Part shown: piece after piece, positions 1 through 9,263 of the stretch
How positions within the stretch are numbered: the first letter of the stretch is position 1
How the letters are laid out: each line of letters starts with the position of its first letter
Source: a virus
Length of the DNA stretch: 60,881 nt
Virus record (IMG/VR): IMGVR_UViG_2528311097_000001
Strand: one strand, 5' to 3'
The notes under the pieces: generated by a model
Seen by the model: the letters and a program-made list of their open reading frames with translations, nothing else
What the model was told of the DNA's origin: nothing
Databases searched by the model: none
Translations under genes and position numbers: made by a program

Positions 1-774
1 ATGGAATCGGCCCGGAGTCCAGTCCGGACCGTGCTTCTGGAGGTGCCAGAAGCAATGTCACGTTCACCACCACCGACCAAAGGTATTGCGCACGACTGCC
101 CTCGACACAGTAGCGAGGACGCTCTGTCCGAACGCGAGTTCCAGCTGTTACTTGAGGGCGCGGCCTCACTCCGAGATCCGTACGCCCAACAGGCCCGATT
201 CGTCATTCTCGTCGCCGGCCGACTCGGGATGCGCGCCGGCGAGATCGCCCACATGGATCGCTCCTGGATCGACTGGCGGAACCAGATGATCGTCGTCCCA
301 CGCCATGATCCCTGCACTAAAGCTCGAGGCGAGGCTGGCCCGTGTGGGTACTGCAAGCGACTCGCCGAGCAGGCTGCCGATCACAACCCGGAACTCTCGT
401 ACGAGGCTGCACTGGCCCGTGCATGGACGCCAAAGACCGATAGCGCTGCGCGATCGATCCCGTTCGATTTCGACCCACGGACGGATCTCGTAATCGAGCG
501 GTTCTTCGAGCGCTACGAGAAGTTTCCACACTCGAAGCAGGCGGTCAACCGGCGAGTCAACAAGGCTGCCGAAGTCACCGACGAGCTCGACGAAGACTCG
601 ATCTACCCGCACTGCCTTCGGGCTACGGCGGCCACTTACCACGCCTCACGAGGTCTGAGCGCACTCCCACTTCAGTCGATGCTCGGGTGGAGTGATCTGT
701 CCACGTCTCAGAAGTACGTTCGTCGGTCGGGAGAAGCAACGGCCCGGGCACTTCGAACGGTCCACCGACAGTAA
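1..774 (+). CDS. int: Tyrosine recombinase/integrase (short haloarchaeal, SNJ2-like type)
   Basis: Catalytic set R (LGMRAGE), HxxR (HCLRAT), W (LGWS) and Y (SQKYV); Cys cluster PC...PCGYC insert; start could be ATG at 55. Confidence 0.9.
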   Translation: MESARSPVRTVLLEVPEAMSRSPPPTKGIAHDCPRHSSEDALSEREFQLLLEGAASLRDPYAQQARFVILVAGRLGMRAGEIAHMDRSWIDWRNQMIVVPRHDPCTKARGEAGPCGYCKRLAEQAADHNPELSYEAALARAWTPKTDSAARSIPFDFDPRTDLVIERFFERYEKFPHSKQAVNRRVNKAAEVTDELDEDSIYPHCLRATAATYHASRGLSALPLQSMLGWSDLSTSQKYVRRSGEATARALRTVHRQ

Positions 775-794
775 CGCTACAGCCTGTCGGATAC

Positions 795-810
795 TTTTTT
801 CTTGTACTTT
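795..810 (+). terminator. Oligo-T archaeal terminator after integrase
   Basis: TTTTTTCTTGTACTTT about 20 nt after the int stop, between convergent genes. Confidence 0.5.
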
Positions 811-858
811 ATTGCACGAGGTTGCTGTTCGGATCGGCTGTTAGCTGAGTACTCAGTA

Positions 859-2469
859 TCACTCGATAGCGATCCGGTTGTTGTCGGGAAGGCGGGAACT
901 GTCCGGTGGCCTGAACGAGAGCAACCCGATCGCCTCCGCGGACCGAAACGAGTGATGCGATTCGTATCCTGTATTCAGTTCCTCGTATTGATCCGCGTTC
1001 AGAATCCCGTTGTATCCGAGTGGGTGCGAACCAACGCCTTGACGGCGCTTGTATATCGGGAGTAAGTAATCTCCGAGTGGACTACTCGCCACACGTCGAA
1101 GCCCGTCCATCACGACCGACTCAAGCCCAGCCCCCTCATCGCCACTGGGCGCGTCTGCGCCAGTTACCACCGGGTACAACGCATCTGTGTAGTCTCGCAA
1201 TATCTGTTTATCAAATCTGTGCGTCGGAGAGACACCGCCCCACGTTGTGATGAACTCCCGATCAACTAATGGGAACCAAAAGTCATAGCCCCAGTCTGCA
1301 TACAACATCCCGGCCTTCGCCATAAATTTTCCTTGGCGCTCCTTGAACTCCCACGATGCGAATTCTCGCCGGAGATCGGCAGTGGTGGTGATCTCATCAG
1401 GGAGTTGAGATGCGATCCGTGCCTTCATCCGCGCTTCCGTCTCGGATGTGCATCGGAACAGCGTATAGTGTTCGTCAAAGATGTGGTCAACTAACTCCCC
1501 CTTGCTTGCGGCACGGTCCGTGGCCCATCTCGCCGGGACGTGTTCCGAGACGCTCGCGACGGTTTGGCCAGGGACGATGATTGCATCGTCCCCGATCCGA
1601 CCTGACTCTTTGAGGACTTTGAGCGCCGGCCAGCTACCGACGGGGGGTAGTGCATCACTGACGCCTGCGAACTCGAAGTAGTCCCGGCGTTCGTCGGAGT
1701 CGTACCACTGAGACCATTTCCCGGGGGTATATTCGACGTGCTCCCATTCCAGGCCGATGTCGTCCGCAACCTGCCGGGCAGTCTCAACCTCGGATTCGCC
1801 GGGCTGTCCATAGGTAAACGTGAATATATTGTTGTAGCCGGCTCGTTTGAGATGTAGCGCGATAAGGCGAGAATCAACCCCTCCACTCAGGGGAATGGCG
1901 ATTTGTCGCCCATTAGCATAATCAACCAAACGCCCAATTGCGTTCCCAAGAGCGGAATCGAGGCGCTCGACAGTTTCGGACTTGTCCCGCCCTGTCGATG
2001 AGGGGGCGTACTCGCAATGGGTCTCGCGATCCACGACACTCCCCGTGCCGGTAAGCAGAACGGCTTCCCCGGCCTGGATCTGAGAGACGGATGGTGTCAG
2101 CGTATCCGACCCGGTGACGTATTGACACAGTAGGAACTCGGCGACCTCCTCCCGGTCAATCTTGGGTTCGTTAACTACGTCCGGTGAATCGCGGATCGCC
2201 CCATCAGTATCGTAAAACAGCGGCAGAGTGCGGAACTGATCGACCGCCGCCCCGACCCCTTCGTTGAGTGGTGTGATGAGTGCAAAGTGGCCGGTGAGAT
2301 CCCCGACGAATGAGACGAACTGCTCCCAGGCATCGATACCGCGGAGTTCGTGGACTAATTGAGCAGTCGATAGTTGTTGGTCACCTCTAAAAGCGGTGCC
2401 CGCCGCCGCTGTGTCTCCGTCAATCGCCCATTCGTATCGTGTGAGTTCGGTTTTAATGTCTCTCGACAT
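859..2469 (-). CDS. Asparagine synthase-like (ATP pyrophosphatase/amidotransferase) protein
   Basis: PP-loop PLSGGVDSRL, preceded by Ntn-like segment (GHFALI...AVDQFRTLPLFY); lacks N-terminal catalytic Cys. Confidence 0.8.
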   Translation of the reverse strand: MSRDIKTELTRYEWAIDGDTAAAGTAFRGDQQLSTAQLVHELRGIDAWEQFVSFVGDLTGHFALITPLNEGVGAAVDQFRTLPLFYDTDGAIRDSPDVVNEPKIDREEVAEFLLCQYVTGSDTLTPSVSQIQAGEAVLLTGTGSVVDRETHCEYAPSSTGRDKSETVERLDSALGNAIGRLVDYANGRQIAIPLSGGVDSRLIALHLKRAGYNNIFTFTYGQPGESEVETARQVADDIGLEWEHVEYTPGKWSQWYDSDERRDYFEFAGVSDALPPVGSWPALKVLKESGRIGDDAIIVPGQTVASVSEHVPARWATDRAASKGELVDHIFDEHYTLFRCTSETEARMKARIASQLPDEITTTADLRREFASWEFKERQGKFMAKAGMLYADWGYDFWFPLVDREFITTWGGVSPTHRFDKQILRDYTDALYPVVTGADAPSGDEGAGLESVVMDGLRRVASSPLGDYLLPIYKRRQGVGSHPLGYNGILNADQYEELNTGYESHHSFRSAEAIGLLSFRPPDSSRLPDNNRIAIE

Positions 2470-2495
2470 GGTGTGTAAACGAACACATCACCATG

Positions 2496-2501
2496 TTATA
2501 A
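2496..2501 (-). promoter_or_regulatory. TATA box of the asparagine-synthase-like gene
   Basis: TTATAA 27-32 nt upstream of ATG 2469, the spacing expected for a leaderless haloarchaeal transcript; CATGGTG/CACCATG inverted repeat at 2467-2495. Confidence 0.55.
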
Positions 2502-2515
2502 TGGTTATCGTTCCA

Positions 2516-4300
2516 TCAGGCCTGTGCCCCCCGACAATTGCGAACGGTGAGGTTCGTCTCGTCGGTCAGTGAAATGTCAATATCCACGTCGACGGAGCCC
2601 TGTGCATCAACGTCTGAGAGGGTCATCCACGGCGAGTCGGCGCGCGACCGAACGTTTTGCCAGTTGCTCGTGAGTTGTCCCCCATCAATCCGAATGAAGT
2701 CAGCGGATTTCGTCCCTGATTCGTTGATATTGATACCGGCCGAATATGCCGACTGGCCGTTGTCCGTACATTGCGGGGCCGTGACATCCACGTAGACGTT
2801 CGAGCGAAGTTCAACACCATTCGATTCACTCCCTATTGCTCGTGGAGTCGTCAGTACAACCCGATCACATTCACGATATGTCTGGCCGTTGCCAGCATCA
2901 TTAAGCGATTCCAACCCAGTCCCTTCAACTTCTGCGCCATCGGCCAGAATTCCGCTATCGCCACCATTGCCGCTCGTGATGACGGATGTCGCTTTAAGCG
3001 TTCCATTCTCGACGAACAGGCCTCGACCCGTATTTGCCCACGACCGGACATCTGATATATCATAGGTTATGGTTCCTTGGTCCTCGATGAGGTGGAGGCC
3101 GTGGTTGCCGTTGTCGTGGGTTCGGATGTTCGAGAGATGGACTGTCGCCTCCGTCGTCGCCTCATAGCGGACGTTAACCCCGACCTGCCCGTTTCCATAC
3201 GATTCGATATTAGTCAAGTAGTATCCTTTCCCAGCCCCGTCCAACTGGTTTTGAGGACGGACGCCGTGTCGATAATGGTTTCGAGAGATGACGTTATGAG
3301 CACGAACATTGTTCGACTCGGGGATGTTGAGCCCGTAGTAGCCCCCGTTCTGGACGATGGCATTGCGGATCTCGGATCCATCCGTCTCCCCGAGGCGAAC
3401 TACTGAGAGATATGCCTGCCCTCCTGTTTGAGAGGTTCCATCCCACGTTCCCCCGTCAATGACGACGTTATCCGCCCCTTCAGTATCCAAGAGGTACTCG
3501 TCGGCCTGTGTTTCGATCAGTGCGCCATGAGAGATAATGGTCGTGTCAGACGGCGGGGTGAGTTTTGTGCCGCCGCTGGTATGCGTTCCTGGCGTTATCC
3601 GAAGGACACCACCCGCCGCCTCCGAAAGTTTTGCATGAAGGTCGTCGCCCGGCTTGGCCTGAATTGTGTTATTTAGCTCCTCTGTATCTATCGCCGAGTA
3701 GTTCTCAAGTGTGGCCGTGCCGGCTCCGTCCTTCGGCGCTTTCTGTCCGGCTACCGTATCTATTTCTGCTTGTCTGGCAACACCCGTCTCACTCTCAGGC
3801 GCGTTCTCGACAGTCGCCTCTTGAGCGCTGATCGAGCCGAACACGCTGTTGAGTTCGAAGCGCCGGTTCTCGAACGCCGACGCCGAGATCGTCGCCACAC
3901 CCGATCCGACCCAGATCTCCCAGAGCGGCGTCCCATCGAACTCGGAGAAGGCCGGCGGTGCGGGCCGAACCGCCCGCTTGCCACTATCGGCCTCCTCGAC
4001 GGCCGCCTCGGGCGTACCCGGGATGATCGACAGATCGCCGGCCGGCGTTGCGATCAACAGGTCACGTCGAGGGTTGTCCGGATCCGACGTCGACACGCCG
4101 ATCGTCTGCTCGTCGATCTCCTGGACGGTCCCGTCGACAAGGGCTGACCCGCCGCCGAACCGAAGGGTGTTCGTTGTGCCGAGATCGCCCGTCTCGATCG
4201 ACAGCCCACACCCACTGATTACGCCATAGCCGGCGAAGGCCATCGCGAGTTGGTTCTGATCGAGTGCCTGAAACCCGTCTCTGTCATCTATTGCGTACAT
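2516..4300 (-). CDS. Tail spike/fibre with right-handed beta-helix (paralog 2)
   Basis: N-terminal ~185 aa similar to 4317..6524; repeated N/G-rich beta-helix turns (NGGYYGL, NYRHGV, NGQVGV, NGNHGL); distal end of tail operon. Confidence 0.75.
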   Translation of the reverse strand: MYAIDDRDGFQALDQNQLAMAFAGYGVISGCGLSIETGDLGTTNTLRFGGGSALVDGTVQEIDEQTIGVSTSDPDNPRRDLLIATPAGDLSIIPGTPEAAVEEADSGKRAVRPAPPAFSEFDGTPLWEIWVGSGVATISASAFENRRFELNSVFGSISAQEATVENAPESETGVARQAEIDTVAGQKAPKDGAGTATLENYSAIDTEELNNTIQAKPGDDLHAKLSEAAGGVLRITPGTHTSGGTKLTPPSDTTIISHGALIETQADEYLLDTEGADNVVIDGGTWDGTSQTGGQAYLSVVRLGETDGSEIRNAIVQNGGYYGLNIPESNNVRAHNVISRNHYRHGVRPQNQLDGAGKGYYLTNIESYGNGQVGVNVRYEATTEATVHLSNIRTHDNGNHGLHLIEDQGTITYDISDVRSWANTGRGLFVENGTLKATSVITSGNGGDSGILADGAEVEGTGLESLNDAGNGQTYRECDRVVLTTPRAIGSESNGVELRSNVYVDVTAPQCTDNGQSAYSAGININESGTKSADFIRIDGGQLTSNWQNVRSRADSPWMTLSDVDAQGSVDVDIDISLTDETNLTVRNCRGAQA

Positions 4301-4316
4301 GTCTTAAAAGTCGTTG

Positions 4317-6524
4317 TCAGTTGGTCGTGACCACGCTGTACGGGTCGTGAACGGTCGTGTCCGTATGCGCTGTCACACTCGGGGCGTCGACCGGGCCCGT
4401 CCAGAGATCCGTGTAGGGCAGCCCCGTGAGGTCGATGTCAGCGTCCGAATCGACGTTCAGGAGTTTAACCGTCCCGCCAGTCGTATCCGATTCTCCGGCG
4501 ACGATCGCGTCGAGACCCGTAGCGTCGATCTCGAAGTCCGTCCCGTCGAACTCGAAGTTGCCTTCCTCGAGAATGAGCGGTCCGATCCCGGTCTGGGCGT
4601 CGGCATGGACGCGAATGTCGCACTCGTCGAACTCAACCCGCCCGCGAACCGTCGCCGAGTAATTCGCGATGAACTCGGTCCCGATCGCCTTGATTGTCGA
4701 GTTGACGCCCGAGGAAATGATGCGCCCGCGCTGGAGCTCCCAGCGCCGGTCTTCGGTCCCACCGTGGTCGTCCATCGTATCGTCCGGGCCCCGGCAGTGA
4801 ACCGACCCGCCAACCACAACCATCCGGCCGGCGACCTCGGCACCGTGAAACGAGAGGCCGTTCATCGAGACGCGAGATATCTGCGGATGGATGACCATCA
4901 GCGTATCACAGCCCGACCGGATGTCGGGCCCCCGGCGGACGCCCAGTGCTCGCGGTCGGACGAGCGCTATGTCAGTCGAGCCGTTGAAGTAGAACGGCTC
5001 GCCGCAAGACCCCGAGAGATTCATCGGCCTCTCCGCCCGAAGGTCCGCACCGACTGCGTTCATGTCGTCGCTCGTCGTCCAGACGTGCGAATCGAATCCG
5101 CGTGCGTAGACGTCCTGGATTCGTGCTCCCCGAGTCAGTCGCGTGCCGATGATGTGACGCGGCCCGCCGAGGACCTTCCCCACGCTTTCGTCGAACGTGG
5201 GCTCGTTGCGCGGGTAGACTTTGAGCCCCTGAATCTCGGGGAACTGGATCTGATTCTCGATGTGGGTCGCATACCAGTTGTCCTGGACGTCGTACCGGAG
5301 CGCCTTCGTGAGCTTGATCTCGCCCGTCGAGTCGTTGACCTCGGAGACGGTCGCAACGGTCGGCGTGTACGACCGATCCATCACCGAGCCAGCGGTATCG
5401 ATATTCCGAACGACGATCCCGTCGCCGATATCGAATAGCCCTGGGTCGTCGATATACAGCGAGTCGGTGCCTCTCGGCGCACTCGAAGAAATTCCCGCTG
5501 TACTCCCGAGTTCGCCCCGGAAATAGAAGAGGGGTCGGTAGTGATTCTGATCGTTGGGATAGGCGAGCCCGTCGTGATAGTCCGATTCGATCCGCGCGCG
5601 GCGGGCGTCGATCGAGATCGCCTGCGTGATGCGGAGCTGATCCGCGAGGTAGTAAGTCCCGCTTCCGAAGACGATCTCGTCGTGCTCGTCACAGACGTTG
5701 TTCGCGAGGTCCTCGATCGCTGCCGATGAGTCTTCGATACCAGTGGGGTCCGCGCCGTAGTCGTCGACGTGATACGATGCTCCGGTTCCATCGCCACCAC
5801 TGCCGCCACCACTACCACCGCCGGTATCGACGTTGCCCTGGATCCACCCGATCGTCGCGTACTCGTCCGTTTCGCTGGGGGGCGACGTTGCCCGGGCCGA
5901 GCTAAAGTACCCTGTCGCCGGATCGCCTTCGCTGCCGACCTGCCCACCTTCGTGACCCTGCGAGTCGTGCCCGCCGAGTTCCTGCTGGCGGACTCCGTCG
6001 GTCGGCTCCTCGGGCGGGTTCTCGATCGATAGCGACTGCGTTGAGACATCACCGAACGTCGGATTGATGTCCGTAAAGCGGCGCAGGATGTCACCGTTCG
6101 CGATCTCACTAACACCGGGGTCGACCCAGATCTCGCACAGCGGCGTCCCGTCGATCTCCTCGAACGTCGGTGGGGCCGGCCGCTTTGCCGTCTCAAGCCG
6201 GACGTACGATTCGCGAGGATGTTTCTCCTCTGGCGTGCCGTCGTTGACGATGAGCTCGTTACTCGCGTTGATCGAGAGGACGTCCCGTCGGGGATTGTCA
6301 CTCGTGTTCTCGGGGATCGAGACTGGCTCGGCGTCGTGCTCCTGGAACGACCCGGCGACGGCGGCAATGCCCTCTGACACGGCAAGGGTATCCGCTTCGC
6401 CGACAGTCCCACTGCCGACCGAAACCTCGAGGCCGGAGACCACGCCGTAGCCGGCGAAGGCCGCCGCGAGAACGCCGTAGTCGACCGCTTGGTACGCCTG
6501 ATAATCGTCTAATGTGTATGGCAT
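4317..6524 (-). CDS. Tail spike/fibre with pectate-lyase-like beta-helix (paralog 1)
   Basis: Motif YHVDDYGADPTGIEDSSAAI...IVFGSGTYYL typical of glycoside-hydrolase/pectate lyase 3 beta-helix start; Gly linker; shared N-terminal anchor domain. Confidence 0.8.
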   Translation of the reverse strand: MPYTLDDYQAYQAVDYGVLAAAFAGYGVVSGLEVSVGSGTVGEADTLAVSEGIAAVAGSFQEHDAEPVSIPENTSDNPRRDVLSINASNELIVNDGTPEEKHPRESYVRLETAKRPAPPTFEEIDGTPLCEIWVDPGVSEIANGDILRRFTDINPTFGDVSTQSLSIENPPEEPTDGVRQQELGGHDSQGHEGGQVGSEGDPATGYFSSARATSPPSETDEYATIGWIQGNVDTGGGSGGGSGGDGTGASYHVDDYGADPTGIEDSSAAIEDLANNVCDEHDEIVFGSGTYYLADQLRITQAISIDARRARIESDYHDGLAYPNDQNHYRPLFYFRGELGSTAGISSSAPRGTDSLYIDDPGLFDIGDGIVVRNIDTAGSVMDRSYTPTVATVSEVNDSTGEIKLTKALRYDVQDNWYATHIENQIQFPEIQGLKVYPRNEPTFDESVGKVLGGPRHIIGTRLTRGARIQDVYARGFDSHVWTTSDDMNAVGADLRAERPMNLSGSCGEPFYFNGSTDIALVRPRALGVRRGPDIRSGCDTLMVIHPQISRVSMNGLSFHGAEVAGRMVVVGGSVHCRGPDDTMDDHGGTEDRRWELQRGRIISSGVNSTIKAIGTEFIANYSATVRGRVEFDECDIRVHADAQTGIGPLILEEGNFEFDGTDFEIDATGLDAIVAGESDTTGGTVKLLNVDSDADIDLTGLPYTDLWTGPVDAPSVTAHTDTTVHDPYSVVTTN

Positions 6525-6542
6525 ATACGCTGATCACCTCTG

Positions 6543-7376
6543 TCAGTCCCACTCAAAGGCCGTCGTCGGCGGGATCTTCTCGGGGACGTCGATGTAGTAA
6601 TGGCCACCCGGATTACCCCGAAAGCCGATCCCGTTCGGGGGGAGGGGATTGCTCTCGTCAGCGGCCATGTAGCCGAACTGCTGGGACGCGTCGCCGGTTC
6701 GGATGATCGGGCCGTCATTCTGGAAGTCGATGTCCGTCAGATACCACTTGCCGTCGACCGTCGGGATGCTCGAGACAGTATCCAGGACGTCACTGTTGTC
6801 CGAGCGCCGGAGGACCATGTCTGCGCCCGATCCAGTGCGGTGCTCGATTCGATACGTTTCAGGGTTCGCCTGTGTCTCGTTTTGCTGACAGACGTAGACC
6901 CAGAACTGGCCACTCGACCAGTCCATATTTCGCCACCAGACGGCAAAGCGCTCACCAACCGTCGGAAGCGGGTTGAGCGAGTAGGCCGGAAACGTCCAGA
7001 ATGCCGAGGTGTTCTGGAGGTCCATCTCGAAGGCCCACCCGCCCCCGCGACCCTGACCGCTGACGGGCCGCTTGATCATCGTATCCGAATCAGAGCGCCA
7101 GTTCCCCGCAGTCCGATCCCAGGGGTCTTCGTTCGGCCAGTCGGCAAGCGGCTCACGAGCGCTTGAGGCGAGCCAGTACGTCCCGTCGACCGTCTCGATC
7201 ACGTACGGGAGGTTTGCCTCCTCACGAGGGACGGTGCGGATATAGCCTGTCTCTTGGGGCCCACCGACGACAGTCCCCTCCTCGTTGGCATCGAGATGAT
7301 CGGAGTCGTAGGCGGTCGCCTGGAGGAGGGTATAATCGCTCTCACCGCCGAACAGGAACTCGCCGATCTTCGGCAC
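6543..7376 (-). CDS. Tail-associated protein, beta-rich (possible lectin-like) domain
   Basis: Acidic, Trp/aromatic-rich 277 aa ORF with RBS, between baseplate and spike genes. Confidence 0.5.
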   Translation of the reverse strand: MPKIGEFLFGGESDYTLLQATAYDSDHLDANEEGTVVGGPQETGYIRTVPREEANLPYVIETVDGTYWLASSAREPLADWPNEDPWDRTAGNWRSDSDTMIKRPVSGQGRGGGWAFEMDLQNTSAFWTFPAYSLNPLPTVGERFAVWWRNMDWSSGQFWVYVCQQNETQANPETYRIEHRTGSGADMVLRRSDNSDVLDTVSSIPTVDGKWYLTDIDFQNDGPIIRTGDASQQFGYMAADESNPLPPNGIGFRGNPGGHYYIDVPEKIPPTTAFEWD

Positions 7377-7382
7377 CGTCGA

Positions 7383-7871
7383 TCACCCCTCGAAATCCGG
7401 GTCGTGCCGGATCGAGCCCGTGATGAGCTCACCGCCGTCCCACGACGCAACGGCGAAGTTCTCGACACGGTTGCCATCGCCGACGTCGAGGTTGCCTGTC
7501 ATCGGGAGTGAGCCGTCTCTGAGCAGGTAGTCTTCGAGCATCTCGTCGATGTCGTTCTGGCGATAGTACCGCGAGTCGTGATTGTGACTCTCGAAGGCGT
7601 TTTGGAGGTCGTTATGGGACTGTTGAAGGGTCTCGAGGTCGGACTCAAGCTGGTCGATCCGCTCAAGAGCCGCCCCCAGTGCGGCGTTCAACAGCTCGTG
7701 GTTCGTCGTTGTCGACGAGTTATGGTCATTGTCGGTACCGGCATCGGGCTCCTTGCCGGGCTCGTACGCTGCCTCTTCGGGATCGGCAGGCGCTTCGCCG
7801 AGTGAAGGCCACGGATAGCCCTCGAGATCGACTGCGCCTCCCTCGGTGGTCGTGCGTGCTCTCTCTGGCAT
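7383..7871 (-). CDS. Short tail-fibre-like protein
   Basis: Coiled coil, HNHDSRYY motif and YLLRDGSLPMTGNL tail-fibre-type repeat. Confidence 0.55.
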   Translation of the reverse strand: MPERARTTTEGGAVDLEGYPWPSLGEAPADPEEAAYEPGKEPDAGTDNDHNSSTTTNHELLNAALGAALERIDQLESDLETLQQSHNDLQNAFESHNHDSRYYRQNDIDEMLEDYLLRDGSLPMTGNLDVGDGNRVENFAVASWDGGELITGSIRHDPDFEG

Positions 7872-7910
7872 GGTTGTAGTAAGGGTCGTATCGAACGTCT
7901 GGAACGGTCG

Positions 7911-8798
7911 TCAGCGGTTATACCGCGACTTGTACGGGGCTTCGTTGTATCCGCGCGTGTGCAGCGTCGGGTCGTCGTCGCTCGCCGGCCGATGGCGGAA
8001 CGGGTCTTCGATCGTCAACTCGACTTCGACGCCGGCCGCCGCAGCGCCGAGGACGTACTCGCGCAGCTCCTCGCGCTCGACCGGAGCCTGATCCAACAGT
8101 GGGGCGTCGAAGTCCACGACCATCGTCGCAGGGACCAGATCGAACGGTTCGGAGATGCGGATCTGTTCGCGATCGGTATCCAGGAGGACGGCGAGCATCT
8201 GGCGGATCTCGTCGATCGTCCCGCCGCTTACGCGCTTGAGGAACTCCGCTTTGATCCGGATTCGGTAGGGGTCGTCGCGCTCATCTTGTCGTCGCGGCGT
8301 TAACACGAGCGCCCCGATTCGATCGAGTTGCCGGCCACGGGCGAGATCGACGTATCGCTCGGCGAGCATCTCGTTCCGCATCGAAACCATCGCCTGCGCC
8401 ATCTCGGAAAACATCCCGACGAGCGCCCCGAACTCCGTCGCCTCGTAGGTCCCGTCAGTTAGTCGTGGCGTCCGGAAGGGGGCCTTGAGATAGGACTCGA
8501 GGCGCTCGCGCTCGCTGATGGAGTCACGCGTCGGCGAGACCGTCCCGATCAGATCGGGATACTGCGCCGCAAGCGTCGCGCCGCGGGAGTTCCCGACGAC
8601 GTCCGTCTCTCCTTCGAGGGTGGCGATGGCCGTGATGCGGCCCTGCATTGACGCATGCCCTGATTCGCCGACGGCCGCAGCGCCGACTCGGGCGTCGCCT
8701 GCCACGAGGCCGATATCGAACGGGTACTCCGTCGATGGCTGGTACCCCTCGTCACCTCCGTATCGGGCCTCTCCGTACCGGTCTTCTCCTGCTCGCAT
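7911..8798 (-). CDS. Baseplate wedge protein (DUF2612/gp48-like)
   Basis: ARGRQLDRIGALV..PRRQDERDDPYRIRIKA..GGTIDEI pattern; follows baseplate J. Confidence 0.7.
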   Translation of the reverse strand: MRAGEDRYGEARYGGDEGYQPSTEYPFDIGLVAGDARVGAAAVGESGHASMQGRITAIATLEGETDVVGNSRGATLAAQYPDLIGTVSPTRDSISERERLESYLKAPFRTPRLTDGTYEATEFGALVGMFSEMAQAMVSMRNEMLAERYVDLARGRQLDRIGALVLTPRRQDERDDPYRIRIKAEFLKRVSGGTIDEIRQMLAVLLDTDREQIRISEPFDLVPATMVVDFDAPLLDQAPVEREELREYVLGAAAAGVEVELTIEDPFRHRPASDDDPTLHTRGYNEAPYKSRYNR

Positions 8799-8804
8799 AC
8801 CCGA

Positions 8805-9260
8805 TCACCCCGTCTGTGTGATCGAGCCGGCGAACGAGAGGGTCAGGAGGGCGTCGAGATCGCGATCGCGACGGGTACCGTTTTGGTCCCGTAACGGCGC
8901 CGCGCCGATGAGGTGCATCTGGGCGACATCATCGGTCAGGGCGGCGAACTCTGCAGCGACAAACCAGGCATCGCTGATTCCGGTGGTGTTCGTCAGATCG
9001 AACTCCTGCTCGGCAAATGAGAGCCGCCAGTCGCCGTTAGCGTTCGCCTCGAGCGTGACGGCCTCACCGTCGAGTGCGTAGGCCAATCGAGCGTACTCGC
9101 CGGTCTGGGGCTCGCTCGTGATTGCACTCAGGTCGTCTGCATCTGAGAGACGGTCGGCAACGTCGTCATACAACCCGATCTCGAGCGTCGTTACTGCCGA
9201 CAGGTCGCCGTAGGCCCGACGGACCATGTACTCCTTGCCGTAGTTTGAGAGTCCTATCAT
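8805..9260 (-). CDS. Small baseplate/tail-fibre attachment protein
   Basis: 151 aa acidic ORF within baseplate cluster; LEIGLY...E....EYAR pattern seen in phage tail-fibre base proteins. Confidence 0.5.
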   Translation of the reverse strand: MIGLSNYGKEYMVRRAYGDLSAVTTLEIGLYDDVADRLSDADDLSAITSEPQTGEYARLAYALDGEAVTLEANANGDWRLSFAEQEFDLTNTTGISDAWFVAAEFAALTDDVAQMHLIGAAPLRDQNGTRRDRDLDALLTLSFAGSITQTG

Positions 9261-9263
9261 GAG

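Noticed and set aside
845-856. 12-bp palindrome CTGAGTACTCAG between convergent genes
   Set aside because: Single copy with no partner elsewhere; could be chance or part of a terminator
859-2469. Lasso-peptide cyclase cluster
   Set aside because: No adjacent precursor peptide, PqqD/RRE or transglutaminase-like peptidase gene
2516-6524. Invertible tail-fibre cassette or diversity-generating retroelement
   Set aside because: Both genes are co-oriented; no flanking inverted repeats, invertase, reverse transcriptase or template/variable repeat pair seen
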